A stretch of DNA of 64,000 nt from an uncultured bacterium (lineage in GTDB: Bacteria > Oederibacteriota > Oederibacteriia > Oederibacteriales > Oederibacteriaceae): contig OZ218778.1 in the NCBI GenBank assembly GCA_965112635.1, positions 2,812,007 through 2,876,006 on the forward strand, in the 5' to 3' direction. The position numbers and the translations under genes were made by a program. This document shows, piece by piece, positions 59,697-64,000 of the stretch. Position 1 is the first letter of the stretch. Every line of letters starts with the position of its first letter. The notes beneath the pieces were generated by a model, which saw only the letters and a program-made list of their open reading frames with translations, was not told where the DNA came from and did not search any database.

Positions 59697-60011
59697 AACT
59701 TGAATCATCCCGCCTTCTCCGCTTCCTTTAGCTTCTTACTTACTAGGCTATAGTGCACTCCCAGGTGCCTTGCTATCTCCACCTGCCGGTGCCCTTCCTT
59801 CACGGCCCTCAATATCTCCTCCCCGCTCCCTTCCTTCACCATCTCCCTTAGCTCCTTTCTCCCGGGTTTCCGGTGCCCCCTCGGATGCTCTGGCTCCTCT
59901 TCCTGCTCTTTCCTTATCTTCAATCCCTTGATGAACTGTTCGCTCCCAAAATAGATCTGCCCCGCCAGTCTTTCCCACGGACTTTCCTTCTGTCCTATCC
60001 CCTCCAGCACA
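59682..60011 (-). pseudogene. Duplicated 3' end of the HUH transposase with its 23-bp terminal repeat
   Basis: 59715-60011 matches 61604-61900; last codons differ (KAG vs KVR); repeat at 59682-59704. Confidence 0.9.
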
Positions 60012-60035
60012 CAGGAATTTGGGGTCAAGTCTTGA

Positions 60036-61581
60036 CGGGCTGTTGCCCAAATGCTGTTGAAGAAAAGTCATGAGGCGATATACTTCTTTTACAGGAGGTG
60101 ATGCCCCATGATGGGAATCGAGAAAGCACCGCAAGGGAAGCTGTTCTATGTGAATATTAACATGGAAGGCCGCGTACGAGCCAACCACCCGCTTCGAAGA
60201 GTAGCATCCCTAGTTGATTTTGACTTTGTCTACAGAGCCGTCAAGGGTAAGTATGGTAACAACGGTAACGAATCGGTTCCCCCGCCTCTCATCCTGAAAC
60301 TCATGCTTTTACTGGTATTTTACAATGTCCGCTCGGAGCGGGAATTGATGGAAACCTTGCCTGAAAGGCTGGATTGGCTGTGGTTTCTGGGATACGACCT
60401 GGAAACGGAGATACCTGATCACAGTGTGCTCTCGAAAGCCCGTAAGCGCTGGGGAGAAGAGGTTTTTAGGGAGTTTTTTGAAAGGATCGTTTTTCAATGT
60501 GTAGAAGCCAAGTTGGTAGATGGGCGGAAAATATTCATGGATTCAAGCCTGGTGGAAGCGGATGCCTCCTGCAATTCGGTGGTGGACACCCGGTCATTGA
60601 AGGGTCAATTGAGGCTTAAATACCTTGAGCTGGAAAGGCGTCTGGAAGAAGCGCCTCAAGAGAGGCGGGTTGGTTTGGAGAGACAGAGGGTAAATCAGCG
60701 CTATATATCCACGACTGATCCGGATGCGTCGTTGGTACGCCGAGTAGGTGGGAGCAAGCCTCGGTATCAGGTCCATCGAGCCGTGGATGGGGCGCATGAA
60801 ATTATCACGGCGACCGAGGTGACACCAGGCGAAGTGAACGAGGCCCATCGGATGGAAGCGTTGGTAGATCAGCACCACCAGAACACAGAGAGGCAAGCCC
60901 AAACAGTAGTGGCGGATGGAAAGTATGGGACGGTAGAGAATTTTCTAGCCTGCTTGGACCGAGGAGTGGAGGCTCATATGCCCGACCTGGGAAAAACGAA
61001 TCCAGGAAAGACATCCCGGAAGCCGATATTTCCTGCATCGGAGTTCCATTACGACCCAGTCAGCGATAGATACGAATGTCCAGCCGGGAACCATCTCAAG
61101 CCCAGATCCGTTCACGAAGCGAAACAGAGCACAGATTATGCGGCGTCTAAACATGATTGCATGGCTTGTGGGTTGAGAGATCAATGTACGGAGAGCAATA
61201 GTGGGAGGACCGTAAATAGGCATTTCCGACAGGAAGAATTGGATAGCATGAGACAAGTCAGCCGATCCTGGATAGCGCAGAGAGACATTCGAATAAGACA
61301 ACATTTGATGGAGCGCAGTTTTGCCAGGGCGCAACGATATGGTTTCGCCCGAATGCGATGGCGAAGGCTTTGGAGGGCTCGGATTCAGGAGTATTTGACG
61401 GCGGCAATTCAGAATATCGAGATACTGGTAAAGCGAGGAAGAGGACCGAGGGCGCAAGCGGTGGTTTTGGAGGTTTCTGGAAGGTTGTTAAGGCTATTTA
61501 AGGACTCGCCTGTCTCTCATTGCTGGCTAACACCTTCTTTTTGCTAAAAGTCGGCAGAGAGATCGTTTGGGCAACAGCCCG
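60036..61581 (+). mobile_element. IS1182-family insertion sequence
   Basis: Perfect 16-bp IRs CGGGCTGTTGCCCAAA / TTTGGGCAACAGCCCG; 4-bp TSD TTGA (60032-60035 and 61582-61585). Confidence 0.92.
60108..61547 (+). CDS. IS1182-family transposase
   Basis: NHPLR, SERELM, PDHSVLS, MDSS...ADAS, TTDPDA, ADGKYG, CPAG zinc-ribbon insertion, ERSFA. Confidence 0.92.
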   Translation: MMGIEKAPQGKLFYVNINMEGRVRANHPLRRVASLVDFDFVYRAVKGKYGNNGNESVPPPLILKLMLLLVFYNVRSERELMETLPERLDWLWFLGYDLETEIPDHSVLSKARKRWGEEVFREFFERIVFQCVEAKLVDGRKIFMDSSLVEADASCNSVVDTRSLKGQLRLKYLELERRLEEAPQERRVGLERQRVNQRYISTTDPDASLVRRVGGSKPRYQVHRAVDGAHEIITATEVTPGEVNEAHRMEALVDQHHQNTERQAQTVVADGKYGTVENFLACLDRGVEAHMPDLGKTNPGKTSRKPIFPASEFHYDPVSDRYECPAGNHLKPRSVHEAKQSTDYAASKHDCMACGLRDQCTESNSGRTVNRHFRQEELDSMRQVSRSWIAQRDIRIRQHLMERSFARAQRYGFARMRWRRLWRARIQEYLTAAIQNIEILVKRGRGPRAQAVVLEVSGRLLRLFKDSPVSHCWLTPSFC

Positions 61582-61593
61582 TTGAAACTTGAA

Positions 61594-62430
61594 TCATCTC
61601 ACTTTCTCCGCTTCCTTTAGCTTCTTACTTACTAGGCTATAGTGCACTCCCAGGTGCCTTGCTATCTCCACCTGCCGGTGCCCTTCCTTCACGGCCCTCA
61701 ATATCTCCTCCCCGCTCCCTTCCTTCACCATCTCCCTTAGCTCCTTTCTCCCGGGTTTCCGGTGCCCCCTCGGATGCTCTGGCTCCTCTTCCTGCTCTTT
61801 CCTTATCTTCAATCCCTTGATGAACTGTTCGCTCCCAAAATAGATCTGCCCCGCCAGTCTTTCCCACGGACTTTCCTTCTGTCCTATCCCCTCCAGCACA
61901 TATTCCTTATATTTCCCCACCGCCTTTGTTTTGTTCTCCCCAAACTGACCCAAGACCCAGGCTGTATCTAACCACGCTAGTTTATGCCTGTATCCAACCG
62001 TTCCCCCATAACTGCTCCACCGAAAATCCCCTGGCCTCTCCACCATTTTCGCCCTCACCGGATTTAAGACCACATACCGGCACAGTTCAAGGGCGTGGCT
62101 CCCTTTCTCCACAACAATCGCCTTGAACCGGCCCTGGAACACATGTCCCACTCTTTTAAAGTTCCGGTTGAACCACTGCGTGTAAACGCTGTTGAGATGC
62201 CTCATCCCGTGGCTCAGGTTGGGTTCCAGGGTTTCAATGATGAGGTGATAGTGGTTGTCCATCAGGCAATAGGCATGGCATCTCCAGGTAAAACGCAATA
62301 GCGTCTGGCCCAATATCTCCAGGAACTTCTTGCGGCTCTCCCGGTCAAGGTATACTTTTTGCCGTCCGTTTCCCCGTCCCGTTATATGGTAAACGGCTCC
62401 TTGATATTGCAGTCTCAGCGCCCTGGCCAT
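61594..62430 (-). CDS. Y1 HUH transposase (RAYT/IS200-like) with C-terminal HTH
   Basis: MARALR...YHITGRGN, AYCLMDNHYHL (HUH), FQGRFK, RYVVLNPVRA (catalytic Tyr), WSSY, C-terminal QVEIARHLGVHYSLVS. Confidence 0.9.
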   Translation of the reverse strand: MARALRLQYQGAVYHITGRGNGRQKVYLDRESRKKFLEILGQTLLRFTWRCHAYCLMDNHYHLIIETLEPNLSHGMRHLNSVYTQWFNRNFKRVGHVFQGRFKAIVVEKGSHALELCRYVVLNPVRAKMVERPGDFRWSSYGGTVGYRHKLAWLDTAWVLGQFGENKTKAVGKYKEYVLEGIGQKESPWERLAGQIYFGSEQFIKGLKIRKEQEEEPEHPRGHRKPGRKELREMVKEGSGEEILRAVKEGHRQVEIARHLGVHYSLVSKKLKEAEKVR

Positions 62431-62451
62431 AGTGCCATCAATATATCAAAA

Positions 62452-62709
62452 TCAACCTTGTTTTTCAAGTTTCAAGACTTGACCCCGTTTTGCCCGCATC
62501 GCGATTCCAAGAGTATCGTCATAAACTCCGAATTTTGAAGTTGAAGTGGTTGCATCATAATGAGTATAAGGGAGTGCGACATAAAGGCTATTCGTAATAC
62601 CAGATATATCAAATGTAGTCGCAGTGATAGTGACTGGGGTGGTGTAGGCATGACCCACCCTGTTTAAAACGAAAAATACCAAGGCGACACCGATCAACCA
62701 ACGACGCAA
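62452..62709 (-). pseudogene. Secreted protein truncated at the HUH-element end
   Basis: Signal peptide and Thr-rich start; the last 12 residues (KRGQVLKLEKQG) are encoded by the repeat end. Confidence 0.5.
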
Positions 62710-62725
62710 ATTTCAATTCTCTTTT

Positions 62726-63502
62726 TTATAAGGATTTGAAATGTTCAAAGATTTTGATCGTCTCTAAATATCTAGAGCGTTCCTTTTTTTTGTCCTCAAT
62801 AAACTTCTTTCTTTTTTCTTGTGGAAGCTCCCCTGGAAATTGCCTACTGTGCACAAAATAAACCGTATCGGCAAAATCTCTTAATACCTGCTCATTGTTA
62901 TTGGGAAATCTCTTGCGTAACCATTCAACATATATTGGACTTAACTCCGATGTTTCTACTTTTTTTACCGTTGAAACATTTTTATACCTGTCCTTGAGTC
63001 CTGCCTGAGCCATATCCAGCCATTCAATCGCACAATACAAGCGAACCCTTTCCTTGTGGCTAAATCTTTCAAAGAATTCTTCCGTTAGGGTTTCAAGTTT
63101 CTCTGCGGTTCCTTTATAGATAGGGCCGGTATTATTTCGATGATGAGCTTGCTCAATATTAATCCAATGATATTTAAGCGTTTCTCCCAGATCAGTTAAC
63201 AACCTAATATTCTCTTTGCTCAGATTAAGACCGCTTTGAATCAAAATGAACCTAATATTTTCTGCCACTTCATCATCTTTCCCAACAGCCATAAATTGAA
63301 TATAAAAGAGCGGGTGATGACCCTGACCACTGTGAAAAAGCGACACCCAGGATTTTTTATCATTTTCCTCTCCAGGATCAGCCCCCCTGATATCTTCAGG
63401 CGTTGGTTTGGGCTGCGGGGCATCAGCAAACACCTGAGAGAGTTTTATAAAAATCGGCAGCAAAAATACGATTATTCCTAAAACCAGTATTTTCTTTTTC
63501 AT
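62726..63502 (-). CDS. Hypothetical exported protein
   Basis: MKKK plus hydrophobic signal, AAGGGGG RBS, low GC. Confidence 0.7.
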   Translation of the reverse strand: MKKKILVLGIIVFLLPIFIKLSQVFADAPQPKPTPEDIRGADPGEENDKKSWVSLFHSGQGHHPLFYIQFMAVGKDDEVAENIRFILIQSGLNLSKENIRLLTDLGETLKYHWINIEQAHHRNNTGPIYKGTAEKLETLTEEFFERFSHKERVRLYCAIEWLDMAQAGLKDRYKNVSTVKKVETSELSPIYVEWLRKRFPNNNEQVLRDFADTVYFVHSRQFPGELPQEKRKKFIEDKKKERSRYLETIKIFEHFKSL

Positions 63503-63645
63503 TATGTTCTTTCCCCCTTTTTTTAAATCTTTTTACCTAAACTCATTATCAACATTTTGATTGATGTTTACATTTGTCATGACCGTATGGCTGTGGGCTT
63601 TGCCTACGGCTGTCTGGCTGTCGGTTTCATACTCATTCCGGGGTC

Positions 63646-64000
63646 ACCTATGAAAAAGGTAGTCAAGCGTACGCACTCCTCCTGATACATTACCGGCCAT
63701 AAGGGCCTTTCGTCAAAGGACGAAGACGCCAGTCACCTATGGATGCTCTAAGGCATAGTATAGCTTTGGTAGCCGGTGGCACAATCAAGTCTCTCGGAGT
63801 TAGCCGAACTTAATTCAGCTATTCCATGACCCCTGGGTGCTCGCCGACCTCTTCCCGTCCTAAAGCTACAAGCTTAAAGGTTTCCTTACGTCTGAGCATA
63901 TACCAAATGACTTCCAAAAGCTTTCGCGCCACAGCAACCCTTCCCGTGTTGGCTCCATGCTTGAGTCTAACCCGTTCAAATAAGTCCTTGTGGAATTTGG
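63646..64000 (-). mobile_element. IS110-family element, downstream end (IS1111-like layout with a long downstream non-coding end)
   Basis: About 170 nt of non-coding sequence after the transposase stop, ending ...CTTGACTACCTTTTTCATAG|GTGACCCC. Confidence 0.6.
63819..63998 (-). CDS. IS110-family transposase C-terminus (partial; not in the ORF track)
   Basis: Manual translation KFHKDLFERVRLKHGANTGRVAVARKLLEVIWYMLRRKETF...: AVARKL..IW.ML signature. Confidence 0.8.
   Translation of the reverse strand, partial: KFHKDLFERVRLKHGANTGRVAVARKLLEVIWYMLRRKETFKLVALGREEVGEHPGVME

Larger units (their letters stand above)
60021..62486 (-). mobile_element. HUH/Y1-transposase element bounded by 23-bp inverted repeats (left repeat split by IS1182)
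   Basis: GGGGTCAAGTCTTGA|AACTTGAA (60021-60035 plus 61586-61593) versus TTCAAGTTTCAAGACTTGACCCC (62464-62486). Confidence 0.75.

Overview
Bacterial chromosome segment of moderately high GC. Positions 1-52.7 kb are mostly housekeeping genes on the minus strand: three nitroreductases, an FAD/Fe-S oxidoreductase, M50 and M48 proteases, pabB, pncA/pncB, yggS, pgeF, ffh, rpe, rlmN, dnaE, a PpiD/SurA-type chaperone, ilvB, leuCD, long-form ispG and an MscS channel. Interspersed are several secreted proteins with Thr-rich stalks and a C-terminal 'YPNP...G.Y.Y' Ig-like sorting domain. A small AT-rich island lies at about 1.1-2.3 kb. A large AT-rich mobile region at 54.4-64 kb holds an IS21 istB remnant, IS256, IS1182, the end of an IS110, an HUH/Y1 (RAYT-like) transposase with 23-bp inverted ends, a 22-bp-period iteron-like array and a dif-like site. 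The main non-obvious signals are: (1) one structured leader RNA present twice (17846-17985 + and 31935-32116 -) with a covarying GNRA hairpin, resembling but not matching the c-di-GMP-I riboswitch; (2) two similar leaderless membrane-anchored winged-HTH genes, each behind its own array of DNA boxes (one with a 106-bp period) and each pointing into an AT-rich island; (3) GGGGTCA/TGACCCC ends of the HUH element that bracket cargo and abut truncated genes, and are themselves hit by IS1182 and apparently by an IS110 whose putative bridge RNA spells the target. Three homopolymer frameshifts, one in ispG, suggest possible assembly indels. All family assignments are from motif recognition by eye; no database searches were run.
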